A DNA stretch of 63,318 nt, counting the filler, from Octopus bimaculoides (Eukaryota): assembly GCF_001194135.2 (NCBI RefSeq). It is 8 parts of 8 records of this genome, joined end to end, with 100 filler letters (N's around TTAATTAATTAA, not from the genome) between each part and the next. Parts side by side here need not be neighbours in the genome. Positions count along the whole stretch, not along the records: positions 1 to 21,651 come from NC_069006.1; 7 more parts are not named here. One strand, written 5' to 3'. Numbering within the stretch: the first letter of the stretch is position 1; every line of letters starts with the position of its first letter. A program made the translations under genes and the position numbers. Positions 1 through 10,983 of this stretch are shown here, piece after piece. Below the pieces are notes generated by a model. That model saw only the letters and a program-made list of their open reading frames with translations. It searched no databases and was not told where the DNA came from.

Positions 1-73
1 ATAAAAATTAAATAATGCCAAAAATTAACAACATATAAAGCATTCAAGACATATATACAACTGAGATATTTAC

Positions 74-123
74 CTGTGAGACAAAAGCTGGATTGCCAGA
101 AGGTCCTTGACCAGGTAAAACAC
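74..123 (-). CDS. Internal coding exon of PHC-like gene (GVLPGQGPSGNPAFVSQ); gene continues beyond the left edge
   Basis: Acceptor tttctttttccag at 124-126 and donor gtaaat at 73-68 on the minus strand. The exon is 50 nt, phase 1 in and phase 0 out, which matches the phase-1 end of exon 1185-1380. Confidence 0.85.
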
Positions 124-202
124 CTGGAAAAAGAAATGATTACGAAATTTAGTAATATTTAACAGATTTTATGTAAGAAAACATTTGTACAGGTTCTGTC
201 AC

Positions 203-383
203 AAAGCATCCACTACACTCTCGGAGTGGTTGGCGTTAGGAAGGGCATCCAGCTGTAGAAACTCTGCCAAATCAGATTGGAGCCTGGTGTAGCCACCTGG
301 TCCACCAGCCCTCAGTCAAATCGTCCAACCCATACTAGCATGGAAAGCGGACGTTAAACGATGACGACGACGACGATGATGAT
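203..383 (+). mobile_element. SINE/LINE-tail repeat family B (ends GGACGTTAAACGATGATGAT)
   Basis: Highly similar to several other copies in the window and to the RTE 3' end at 42380-42545. Confidence 0.9.
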
Positions 384-835
384 TCAGACAGGGATATGTT
401 AAGTCATTATAACCAGAAGAGCTGTGGCAAAATTAATTAGAGATACACATGTGGTAGAAATAGATTATTAACACTTTGGTTCCAATTTCTGGTGGCACCA
501 ACTGTTATATCAATGTTACAAAAATGATAAGAAATTTTTGTGAAAATAATCTTTTCTCCAAACCTATTGTGGTGGTCAGTCAATGTAAGGGAGACAATCG
601 TTTCTACATAAAAAATACTGGGCAGGACTAGAAGGTTGAGTTTGAAGTTGAGGAATTCTTTAAGGTGCACAGAATATACATATTCTTTCTTTAATGTAAA
701 AGTAAGCCCCATACAATGAACTGTGTGATGTCTAGTTTACATAAACGGAAAGCTCATAGCAATAATAGCTTTGCTCAATGGTCCCCATAAGGAATGACCA
801 GGAGCTGAAGACTAACATTGATCTAGAACAATGTT

Positions 836-1132
836 CATCATTATCATCATCATCATCATCATCGTTTAACGTCCGCTTTCCATGCTAGCATGGGTTGGAC
901 GATTTGACTGAGGACTGGTGAACCGGATAGCTGCACCAGGCTCCAATCTGATCTGGCAGAGTTTCTACAGCTGGATGCCCTTCCTAATGCCAACCACTCA
1001 GCGAGTGTAGTGGGTGCTTTTATATGTCACCCACACGAAGGCCAGTCAGGCGGTACTGGCAACGGCCATGCTCAAAATGGTGCATTTTATGTGCCACCCG
1101 TACAAGAGCCAGTCCAGGGGCACTGGCAACGA
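836..1132 (-). mobile_element. Family B copy with duplicated 5' unit
   Basis: Reverse complement of 203-383 plus two GTTGCCAGT...AAAAGCACC-like units; (CAT)n tail. Confidence 0.9.
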
Positions 1133-1184
1133 TAAGAAATATATAAAATAAAATGTTTTAATTAAAGAGAATCTAAGTGCTTAC

Positions 1185-1380
1185 CTATCTGTCCAACCAA
1201 CAAGGATGGAACTGCTTGAGTGGAGAAGACAGGTTTACCACCAATGTGAGGAGTAGCTTGGCCCTGGCTACTTCCAGCCTGTGAGACAAGCCCTTTACTT
1301 CCATTGTTGCCTGCTTTTCCATTTGCACAGCTAGATGATACAGTTGATGATGCTGAAGACTGAACAGAGGCCACACAGGT
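1185..1380 (-). CDS. Internal coding exon of PHC-like gene (TCVASVQSSASSTVSSSCANGKAG...PSLLVGQIG)
   Basis: Acceptor ttctttattttcag and donor gtaagc. 196 nt open frame, S/G/Q-rich, phase 0 in and phase 1 out. Confidence 0.9.
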
Positions 1381-1467
1381 CTGAAAATAAAGAATACAAA
1401 AAATAAACCATTAATAAACATATCAAATTAAGGAATAATGATTCACAACCCACCCTTTGAAATAATC

Positions 1468-1700
1468 TTAACCCTTTTGTTACCATATTTCTGTAGAGAT
1501 GCTCTGTGCTTCTTTCAATTAACTTTAAAATATAACAAAGAATTTAGTAAAATAATGTAGCTATCATCAAGCTAGTGTTAGGAACATAAACTGTGACTAA
1601 GGTTTGGTGGAAGACTTGAATTCAGAACTTTTTAAAACAAGACATTTGTACAACAAAGACAGAGGCAGTTTTCAGCCGAGTTGGTATGCATATAACCAAT
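1468..1700. mobile_element. piggyBac-derived MITE, one end degenerate
   Basis: TTAA|CCCTTTTGTTACCATATTTCTG matches the reverse complement of the right end of the piggyBac at 36407-37620 at 24/26 positions. Confidence 0.6.
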
Positions 1701-2566
1701 AAAACAGAAATTCTTATCTTAAATCAGAACACCCACCCACAAAATTTGTCACAATCTTTTCTTAGTAATTTCATGATATTGTAAAATATATATATAACTG
1801 TACACAACTAATTAATAAACAAAATTGGCAACAAAAGCTACAAAAATGATAGCTGTTAACAAAATACAAGGCCAATATCTTTTTTGCTACTTTACATTCT
1901 TCCATCTTTTTCTTTTATGCTGCACAGGCCTAATTTAATATAAGATAATATTTTTTATAATACTTTTAATATTCTATATACTTCAGAAATAAAATTTACA
2001 CAATAGTGAATTTACAAATATTAAGGGAAAGAAAACGTGCAAAATAGCAGACAATATCCGTACAATAATATTCGCTCAAAAATCTAACAACACCTTGCTG
2101 TCGTTATATATAACATCATCATGCAGCTCTGATTTAAACAGATACACATTCACAAACACACGTGCACACAAATACAGAAGTGTAGTTTTTACTTTTACAT
2201 TAAATCCATAATTTACAGATAAATTTTTCCATGCTTTGTTTAGTAGTAATACCGACATAACAAAAATAACACTTAAAAAAAAAAGCAAAAATAATCAACA
2301 ACATTTATATTTGAAATAATATAAATGAAGACATCGAACAATATGACTTAACATACAGACTACAAGTGAGACAACATAAATCTAGGAGACAAAAGCTGGA
2401 GAGGTCAAAAACACCTGCTTAACAAAGATGATTAGCACTCAAAAGCTCAAGGAAGAGTTAAATTGAGACCCAAATGATCCAGTCAGTTAGGGGGGAATAA
2501 TTTTACACAATCTTGCATATTAGGATTACAAGGGCTGTCTTTACGATAAACCTAATCAAGGCATTT

Positions 2567-2959
2567 GTGGAGGCGCAATGGCCCAGTGGTAAGGGCAGCG
2601 GACTCGCGGTCATAGGAACGCGGTCTCGATTCCCAGACCGGGCGTTGTGAGTGTTTATTGAGCAAAAACACCTAAAAAAGCTCCATGAGGCTCCGGCAGG
2701 GGATGGTGTCGAACCCTGCTGTACTCTTTCGCCACAACTTTCTCTCGCTCTTACTTCCTGTTTCTGTTGTACCTGTATTTCAAAAGGGTCAGCCTTGTCA
2801 CACTGTGTCACGCTGAATATCCCCCGAGAACTACGTTAAGGGTACACGTGTCTGTGGAGTGCTCAGCCACTTGCACGTTGATTTCACGAGCAGGCTGTTC
2901 CGTTGATCGGATCGACTGGAACCCTCGACGTCGTAAGCGACGGAGTGCCAACAACAACA
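2567..2959 (+). mobile_element. Full-length tRNA-derived SINE family A with 13-bp TSD
   Basis: tRNA-like head (TGGCCCAGTGG...CTCGATTCCC) and (AAC)n tail. TSD AATCAAGGCATTT at 2554-2566 and 2960-2972. Confidence 0.92.
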
Positions 2960-2994
2960 AATCAAGGCATTTACTGAAGACACATATGTTCGGT

Positions 2995-3411
2995 AGTTTT
3001 CTTTCTTTTATTCTTTTAGTGGTTTTAGTTATAGGACTGCAGCCATGCTGGAGCAGTGCCTTATTGTTATCTTTTTGTTTCAGTCATTAGACTGGGGCAC
3101 CACCTTGAAAAATTTTCAATTGAATGAATTGACCCAATATCTTTTCTTTTCTTTTTTCTTCACTTTTACTGAACTGCTAAGTTACGGGGATGTAAACACA
3201 CCAACATCGGTTGTCAAGTGGTGGTGATGGTGGGACAAACATAAAGACACACACACACACATGATGGGCTTCTTCCAGTTTCCACCTACCAAATCCACTG
3301 ACAAGGCTTTGGTTGGCCTGAGGCTATAGCAGAAGACACTTGTCTAAAGTGGCACACAGTGAGATTGAACCCAGAACCATGAGGTTAGGAAACAAGCTTC
3401 TTACCACACAA
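2995..3411 (-). mobile_element. tRNA-derived SINE family C
   Basis: Matches the family C copies at 11208, 30640 and 47443. Confidence 0.8.
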
Positions 3412-4144
3412 TTTATTTCCTTTCAATTTTATTGTCCCTTTCTGTAGAAGTATTACTGTTACTACAGCAGGGCAGCAGTGGAGTCAGATCAATCAGAACT
3501 GATAAAAGCTATTGAACACCAACACCATAAAATGACCCGTTCAGACTATTGATCAAGATGTCTCTTTAACATTAGAANNNNNNNNNNNNNNNNNNNNNNN
3601 NNNNNNNNNNNNNNNNNNNNNNNNNNNNNNNNNNNNNNNNNNNNNNNNNNNNNNNNNNNNNNNNNNNNNNNNNNNNNNNNNNNNNNNNNNNNNNNNNNNN
3701 NNNNNNNNNNNNNNNNNNNNNNNNNNNNNNNNNNNNNNNNNNNNNNNNNNNNNNNNNNNNNNNNNNNNNNNNNNNNNNNNNNNNNNNNNNNNNNNNNNNN
3801 NNNNNNNNNNNNNNNNNNNNNNNNNNNNNNNNNNNNNNNNNNNNNNNNNNNNNNNNNNNNNNNNNNNNNNNNNNNNNNNNNNNNNNNNNNNNNNNNNNNN
3901 NNNNNNNNNNNNNNNNNNNNNNNNNNNNNNNNNNNNNNNNNNNNNNNNNNNNNNNNNNNNNNNNNNNNNNNNNNNNNNNNNNNNNNNNNNNNNNNNNNNN
4001 NNNNNNNNNNNNNNNNNNNNNNNNNNNNNNNNNNNNNNNNNNNNNNNNNNNNNNNNNNNNNNNNNNNNNNNNNNNNNNNNNNNNNNNNNNNNNNNNNNNN
4101 NNNNNNNNNNNNNNNNNNNNNNNNNNNNNNNNNNNNNNNNNNNN

Positions 4145-4260
4145 ATTCAGAAGTTGGAGTGAAGACTTTGTCAAATATTTTGGCACCCAAACATGGGAGA
4201 GAAAAAAAATCAAACTGCAGTAGATAGATAGAACATGCTGAAGCTTTTGTCCAGTAGTGA
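4145..4260 (+). mobile_element. RTE LINE 3' fragment
   Basis: Translates to WSEDFVKYFGTQTW...DR...EAFVQ, like RTE C-termini. Confidence 0.4.
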
Positions 4261-4288
4261 TGATATGCCTTGCAGAAGACTATAACAT

Positions 4289-4332
<44 letters not shown>

Positions 4333-4565
4333 TGTGTGTGTGTGTCTGTGTGTGTGTGTTTATACACAGAGAGAGAGGTGTATAGCTGAACAAAGACTCA
4401 ACAGCTTGAATAAGTTAGCACTGGAGAAACTTAAAGGTAACTGTGAACATTATTATAAAGTGTGTGTGTATGTGTGTTTTGATTGTATTTACTTGTGTGT
4501 TCCTTGTAGTATTTACTCCTTCAGGAGAGATAACTCCCGAAACAGATATATTTTAATAGGTAAAA

Positions 4566-4745
4566 TCATGATCATAATTTCATGCTGGCAGGGGTTGAAT
4601 TGTTCAACCGAATCTGTTGGGTCAGTAGACCATGTAGCGCTCAGGTGTCTCAGTTTCGGCTTCATTTCAATGACTGGATGCCCTTCCCGACACCAAACAT
4701 TTTACAGAAAGTACTGGGTGCATTCCTTTTAGTGGCACAAGTACC
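4566..4745 (-). mobile_element. Diverged family B copy
   Basis: CATGCTGGCA...ACTGGATGCCCTTCC...ACTGGGTGC similarity to other family B copies. Confidence 0.7.
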
Positions 4746-5224
4746 AGTGAGGTTATCTTGTAATTTGCTCAAAAGGTGAAGAAGCCTCCACCACTGAAAT
4801 TGAGAACAATCATTCAATAAAGCAAAATAGCTAGGGACGATATATTTGATTAAACCTTCATGACATCAGCCCAAAATGGTTACAGTCCAATAACTGGCAC
4901 CAGTAAAAGAAAAAAAAGTGCCCTGTCCAGCAATTTACAGTGTCATTACCTTTTATGTAAACTGACAATGTGAATTCTAAGAAGAGAACATCATTTTTAT
5001 TGAAGTAGCTGCTGCATTCTAAGCTGAAAGCCAACCAAGATAGATTTTATCTTTCATTCCTTCAAATGTTAATTCCACAACTAAAAAGCCAGGGATTCAC
5101 AATTAAAAAACAAACACAGCAAAGCAAAATTATAGCAGCAAGCACCAAACGCAAATCAAATCTACAAATACACACTACGAACAAACACATGAAAACTGAT
5201 TTGAAAAAAAAGAGGAAAGAAACT

Positions 5225-5785
5225 TTTAGAGTCCTGAAAGTTGTAGTAGAAGTTTGGTATTTATTACAATCTTCTGGGCAGCTACGGAGGGTTCTGTAAC
5301 TATTGCTGATCCTAGTTGTTCAATTTCATTATTAGGATTATTGTCAAAATAGCTTACTGTTCTGGATAAGGAGGTGCAGGCTAGGTGTGTAGAAAGCTTT
5401 CATTTCTTATGTTCCTTTTCAGGAATTGATTTTTTCGAAACAATTCTCAAATTCCTTATGTACTTTTATTTGTAAACCCAGTTATCAATATAACATGGTT
5501 TGTCATAAGCACTTGTACTTTGTGGTTTTTTTTATCACTTTAGCTATGAATTAAGTTAATGAATTCAACGGGATACATTGTCTGCAAGTCGTTGGGTTTA
5601 GCATGTTATCCTCCATTTTCTAATTGATATATAAATTTAGGGTAAAAAAAAACCCTTTTACCCGCTCCCACTTATTACACTTGGTATAACACTAGTGTAA
5701 CAATAATTGGGTACCCTCCCAGCAGTATATTGGATAGATACTATCCCTTAGTGGGTTGAATCCTCAACCCCTAACTCTCTTGCAT
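5225..5785 (-). repeat. Interspersed repeat family F, possibly PLE-derived, abutting (TA)n
   Basis: 5545-5785 is the reverse complement of 50540-50779. Confidence 0.7.
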
Positions 5786-5812
5786 TATATATATATATAT
5801 ATATATATATAT

Positions 5813-6003
5813 TATGATTGACCGTTGACTGAATACTATTCAATTTTTTTCTCCGTGTTTTTCTCCTTGTCTCCGTATTCTTTCTGTTGAAGAGCGTAGC
5901 TCGAAACGTCAAAGACTTTCCGTATTCCCGAGCGTCATACTAATATATACTTTTGTTATTTACACCACCTGTCCTCGTCTGTTGTTATTTTTTGTATATT
6001 CTC

Positions 6004-6006
<3 letters not shown>
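5813..6006 (+). mobile_element. Penelope-like pseudo-LTR with a minimal hammerhead-like motif, flanked by (TA)n on both sides
   Basis: Homologous to 21782-21960 (-) and 40130-40170 (-). Contains CTGTTGA-A-GAGC gta GCTC-GAAA-CG-TC. Confidence 0.7.
5879..5915 (+). ncRNA. Minimal type I hammerhead ribozyme-like motif (variant core)
   Basis: Stem I TCTTT/AAAGA, stem II GAGC/GCTC, GAAA, palindromic ACGT in place of stem III, and a UC cleavage site. The core reads CUGUUGA instead of CUGANGA. Confidence 0.55.
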
Positions 6007-6046
<40 letters not shown>

Positions 6047-7149
6047 CACGCACAAAGTTGTAGAATGAATGATGTATTGGAATAGGAGCTGTTGTATAAT
6101 AAATTCAAAATGAATCCAGGCCCTGACTAAATAAGACATTTAAGTCTGCCTCAGTAATTTATATGTACTAATACTACAGAAATCAGTGTAACTAGGATTA
6201 ACTTTAATCAGTGTTACAGATGCCAAATGACCAATAGGATGTGGAGAATAGGTATTGGGTATTAGAAAGGAGAATCACCTGTGAGAAAGTATCTAAAGTA
6301 GTGGTTCTCAACCTTTTAATATCTGGGTTTTATCTTTCATCATTTTAAAATTGGTAAAAGCAGATACCAATAATATACTAGGGTTGATTCAGTTAACTGT
6401 ACTATTATGGTCTTGTTTCAATTAACTGTACAGTCAACTCATCAGGAGATATTTGGCTTTTCTAAATATGATCTAAAGATACTGAAGAGTGACTTATTTA
6501 CAGATTTCTATAGCTATTTAAGTTCTCTTTTCAATCAAACTGCCAATGTTTCTATATCAAACAGAAGTAAATCTCTCTCTGTACCTACAGGGTCCAAGGA
6601 TTGACATATTTGTTTACACACACAAATGATAAAAGGTATGAAATGTTATTCTGGGAAGGAATGGAAAACAATTGCAAGAGATTTAGGAAACAGGTAAAGT
6701 CATTTGAATTTTTCTCAATCCCTGAAGAATATAAACATTTTTTAGTCTTTAAATCAATAAAATGTGGGTTTAAAAATTTTTTTTGACAAATAAACTCACA
6801 TTAACAAAAAGAATTAATAAAAAATATTTTTAATTTTAATTTTGTCAACATAAAGAAATATTTAGTTTTGAATTGACAGAGAGACAGGAAAACAGAACAT
6901 TGTGTTCATGTTTTCTTAAAGCCATTAGCAATATAAATAAAATATAATCTCTATGAAATAAAAAAATGGCTCATAAATACAATTCTATTCAAAAGGAATA
7001 TCATTTAAGATACAACCAAAATATATTATTTTTTAGCATTGATGCAATATGAAAGCCACTTCATATATGTAAGCAACCTTATTGTAAATCTTTCGCAAAC
7101 TTTGTGCACTGTCATCGATTAATCAAAATAGTCATTGATTGATCAAAAT

Positions 7150-7560
7150 TCAGACAGTTTCTAGTCTTAAAGAGGAATCATAGTGTTTGTGTTGAAGCTT
7201 TGGGAATAGAAATGTAGCATTGCCATGATTGATCATCAGATTGTGAAGTCTAGCATTTTGTAGCAAGTTTGGAGGTTCTAGGAATGACCAGACAGGATGA
7301 ATACAGGAATGTTTCCTTGGCATAAGAAGAAGTGGTAAGAGCTTCACTCTAACAAAATCCACCTCCTCTCATCACCCAGCCATAGATTAGGATGATGATA
7401 TCACACTTGTTCTCAACACTGTCCCAGTAGCAACCAATCTTCTGTAGAAAAAGTGCCAGATGAGGTTTGTCTTCATGTCAGTCTCTCAGACACATCTTCA
7501 ACAATCAAAATGGCTTGAAAGAACACAAAAATATACCCTCCTCTAAAATCTGTAAATTCC
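7150..7560 (+). mobile_element. Highly degraded non-LTR retrotransposon C-terminal (zinc-knuckle) relic
   Basis: Frameshifted LVLNTVPVATNLL...CQSLRHIFNN resembles the LDTLP..NL...C..C..QTL.HILNNC motif. Confidence 0.3.
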
Positions 7561-8211
7561 TTCGTATACTCCAGGAAATAACATTACCTGCACAGGATGT
7601 CAAAAGTTGTGTCAGAAAAGTATCAGTTACCCTTGATGGCTCCAGTGTCACACATCCATCTATTTGCTATGGATGCATAAATGTAATTAGAGTCCAGGTA
7701 TGGACTTCGTTATGAAATCACAATAGGGACAATGAGGATTTTAAATTTGCCTGGGATTGAGCAAATGTGTCTGTTGGTTGCATGGTATTATTCTTTAATT
7801 GTTCTGTTTCTTCACCTCAAATTGCTTTGGTGTATTGTGACACATTTGACACCACTCAGATCAATTTAGACAATAACTTTCCCAAGATGCTAAATTAAGC
7901 TGTAAGGATTTTAGCAATTATTTCAACTTATCCGTATATATAAAGATAGATCTTTGTTTAGTGCAAAATCCTTCTACTTGTTGGCCATACCATAATAATA
8001 ATGGTCTTTTTTTTTTTTACTTCAATAATTATAGTTTGTAAAAGAAATTGAAAATATTAAATAGAATATTTATGACAACACAAGTAATCTGATAATCAAA
8101 CATTTCATAAACATAAAAAAATATTTTATAAAAAAAAAAAAGCAGTTTATAAAAGATTTGTTAGTTTCAGCAGTTTTCCGAGAAGAACAAAAAAACCAAA
8201 AAAATACTCAC

Positions 8212-8541
8212 AACTCCNNNNNNNNNNNNNNNNNNNNNNNNNNNNNNNNNNNNNNNNNNNNNNNNNNNNNNNNNNNNNNNNNNNNNNNNNNNNNNNNNNN
8301 NNNNNNNNNNNNNNNNNNNNNNNNNNNNNNNNNNNNNNNNNNNNNNNNNNNNNNNNNNNNNNNNNNNNNNNNNNNNNNNNNNNNNNNNNNNNNNNNNNNN
8401 NNNNNNNNNNNNNNNNNNNNNNNNNNNNNNNNNNNNNNNNNNNNNNNNNNNNNNNNNNNNNNNNNNNNNNNNNNNNNNNNNNNNNNNNNNNNNNNNNNNN
8501 NNNNNNNNNNNNNNNNNNNNNNNNNNNNNNNNNNNNNNNNN
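8212..8541 (-). CDS. Probable PHC-like exon mostly hidden in the N gap; only the last 6 nt (GGA GTT) and the donor are visible
   Basis: Strong donor GGAGTT|gtgagta at 8211-8205 right beside the 8218-8541 gap. An exon converting phase 1 to phase 0 is required between 10803 and 1380. Confidence 0.5.
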
Positions 8542-9044
8542 CCACAGTTGAGGACCAATATTACACTGTGAATATCATCCCTTGCTTAAGAATTTCACTG
8601 GTTACCATAGGCAACACAACATTTATAATTACTTAAGTAAGCAAAAAGCAAGGAAATTCATAGCAAAATTTTTTGACATTCCTGCCATTCTCTGTGACAT
8701 ATTGAAATGAACTTATTTTCAAAGAATTCCTCAAAACCATGTTTCTTGCTAAAATACCTCTTACCCTCCTTTTCATGCTACATTATTTAGAAAAGAAAAA
8801 TTAAGACAGTTGAGAGACATAACAAGCTATGAAATAAAAACTGTATTGTTTTATAGCTAATGTATATATATCGTTATTTATGAAGATGGTCGTATTTTTT
8901 GCCTAAGAACCGCATGCATTATAATTGTGAGTGTGATTAATAAGCAAAAAATATGATCAACTCCAAATATAACAATATTTGTTTCAACAAATGATTTCAC
9001 ATCAGGAATCTTGCAAAACAAATACATAAACATTATAGCAGAGA

Positions 9045-9240
9045 CTCCATCTAAGAATATCTGAAGAAGGAATTGTATTCCGAAATATCATCGGACTATA
9101 GATAACTAAATTACAACAGGTATATAATCCATTTTTTTGTATTATAGTGCATTGTTGTACTATTCAAAACTTTTTATTCTTTACAAACAATACACGATGC
9201 TTCAAGCGAACTACAATACTCTCCTATAAACATATATATG
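9045..9240 (+). mobile_element. PLE-type pseudo-LTR remnant with a canonical hammerhead core
   Basis: CTGAAGA-A-GGAAT tgt ATTCC-GAAA-TA-TC at 9061-9089. Confidence 0.55.
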
Positions 9241-9488
9241 TATATAATGTAATTTTAAATGTTGAAACCATATAATTTTTGTAAGCAATTCCCATGAGAA
9301 AAGCATGAACATCATATAAATAATCTAAGGGCATATGAATAATTAATTAAAGAAATAAACCTTTACAAAAATCATGCATGAAATCAAAGTTAAATTAAAT
9401 AATCAACAAAGATTCATAGTATAGAGCTTTTACAATAATATTCCCATATCTACATTTGAGAAAATTTCACACACACACATTTTATATC

Positions 9489-9708
9489 TACAAAGGAATG
9501 TTGAAAAGTTCCGGGCTTTCGGTAAAAGAAAATACAAGAGAATCAGTTAATTATGATTTTACTCAACATATTCCCCTCTCAGATTGACACACTTGTTGCA
9601 ATGGTCCTTCAGTTTTTCTAAGCCCTGTAAAATAACTAGGAAAGTTGGGCCTCCAACCAGGCCTATCACCACACCCTTAAAGCCAGGAACTTTTCAGTAC
9701 CCCCTCAT
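9489..9708. mobile_element. Mariner-derived MITE
   Basis: TA-flanked imperfect TIRs TACAAAGGAATGTTGAAAAGTTCCGGGCTT / AAGCCAGGAACTTTTCAGTACCCCTCATA. Confidence 0.8.
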
Positions 9709-10049
9709 ACACATACTTATTGTATATATATATTGCACATATATTTCATACATACATCCATACATATCTATCTATCCATATATATATATATATATATATA
9801 GGTAAGTGATAGGCTTGCCTCGATTCTTCAGGGGTAGTTTGAAGCATCTAAGCAACCAGGGGATGTTTAAATCCGGAGGCACTCCTGGGGATCACCTGTA
9901 TGGGTACCGTCTTGGGAAGAGGGCATCCAGAGGCAGGTAATTTATTGCTTAAACCGTAGTTTATAATTATATTTAAGTGGAGAATGGAGCAACAAATACA
10001 AGAAAAAGCAATATTGCTAGACTAGTTAGCTGTTGTTTTATATATATAT

Positions 10050-10400
10050 ATCTGTTGTCTGCGAGCCTTGTAACATGTCCAACCCGGCAGAAATTGCATT
10101 TCCACTATTCTGTGATCATATTGGTAACTCAGCTCTTTTCTTGAATTATCTCATTTCAAATATGGTCACATAATGGTGAATCTTTCCATGGCCCTTTGCA
10201 TCATAGCTAATTGATGTTCTATCCTCTTTATAGTGGATGGACCCATACAGCTGCTGAGTAGTCTCCATCCAAGAGATTGGAAAGCACCACTTGGAAAGCC
10301 TCCACGACAATGGGAAGAAAATTTAGTTAAATGATTTGGGTCAAGGCGAAAAAGAGTAGCACAATGAAGACAGAATTGGAAGTGCTCTGTGACCACTGGT
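10050..10400. mobile_element. RTE LINE fragment with inverted 5' part
   Basis: Minus 10232->10050 encodes IEHQLAMMQRAMER...DHIxNE...VGHVTRLADNR. Plus 10236-> continues WTHTAAEx-HPRDWKAPLGKPPRQWEENL. Confidence 0.8.
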
Positions 10401-10802
10401 GCAAAATAACATCTGATAGTCTGGTCAATACTATAATACTGTGATATATACCTATATCATACACTTATGCAGACATATATAGGTGTAGGCATGGCTGTGT
10501 GATTAAGAAGTGTACTTCCAAATCACGTGGTCAGTTGTTTGGTCCTCACTGTATGAAAATTGTCAGAGTGAAAAGCAGATTGCATGAAGCTTGGGTTCAA
10601 ACAGCAATGATTTTCTAACGTGCCACCAGCACAAGGGGACAGTAGAACCAAAATCATGTCTACTTCATTGAAGAATGAGTTTTGTTTCATGCCCAGAGCT
10701 AGGAGTAAATTTAATGACTAGTAAATCTTTACGGGATTCATCAAACCTTAACTGTAAGTACTAAATGTCAAATTCTACAATGTTTGAAGAAAGACAATTC
10801 AC

Positions 10803-10983
10803 CTTGTACGGCAGCATTTTGTAGCATCAGTTGCTGTTGGTTGTATGGGAAACTTGGCATGTAAGGCGGACTGTGAACAGGCTGATGAATTACTTGAACT
10901 TGTGGTATGGAGGTTCGGACATTTGTAGTAGCTCCGCTCACTGCTACACCTCCACTCTCTGAGCCAGGACGTGTTTCAGACAT
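10803..10983 (-). CDS. PHC: First coding exon, Polyhomeotic-like protein N-terminus (MSETRPGSESGG...PQVQVIHQPVHSPPYMPSFPYNQQQLMLQNAAVQ); exon incl. UTR is 10803-11006
   Basis: Acceptor cttcttttctag at 11007-11009, an in-frame TGA upstream of the ATG, and donor gtgaat. QVQVIHQP...QQQLMLQNAAVQ resembles the vertebrate PHC2/3 motif VQVIQQALHR...QQQHLMLxTAALQ (recalled from memory, not searched). The FCS and SAM domains are not in the window. Confidence 0.65.

Noticed and set aside
2386-2400. 15-nt identity GAGACAAAAGCTGGA with exon sequence at 78-92
   Set aside because: A 15-mer match is expected by chance in a window this size; the flanks do not align and there are no splice sites.
2569-2645. 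tRNA-like sequences at 2569, 15701, ~11600 and ~32275
   Set aside because: These are SINE heads continuing into SINE bodies, without a proper cloverleaf or terminator, so they are not tRNA genes.
2915-2959. SINE A tail translates to WNPRRRKRRSAN, like an RTE motif or an NLS
   Set aside because: It is a non-coding SINE tail; the same tail in 16407-16721 is not preceded by an RT frame.
5358-5400. Minus-strand donor gtaagc after PAPPYPE
   Set aside because: It lies inside repeat family F sequence and has no good acceptor.
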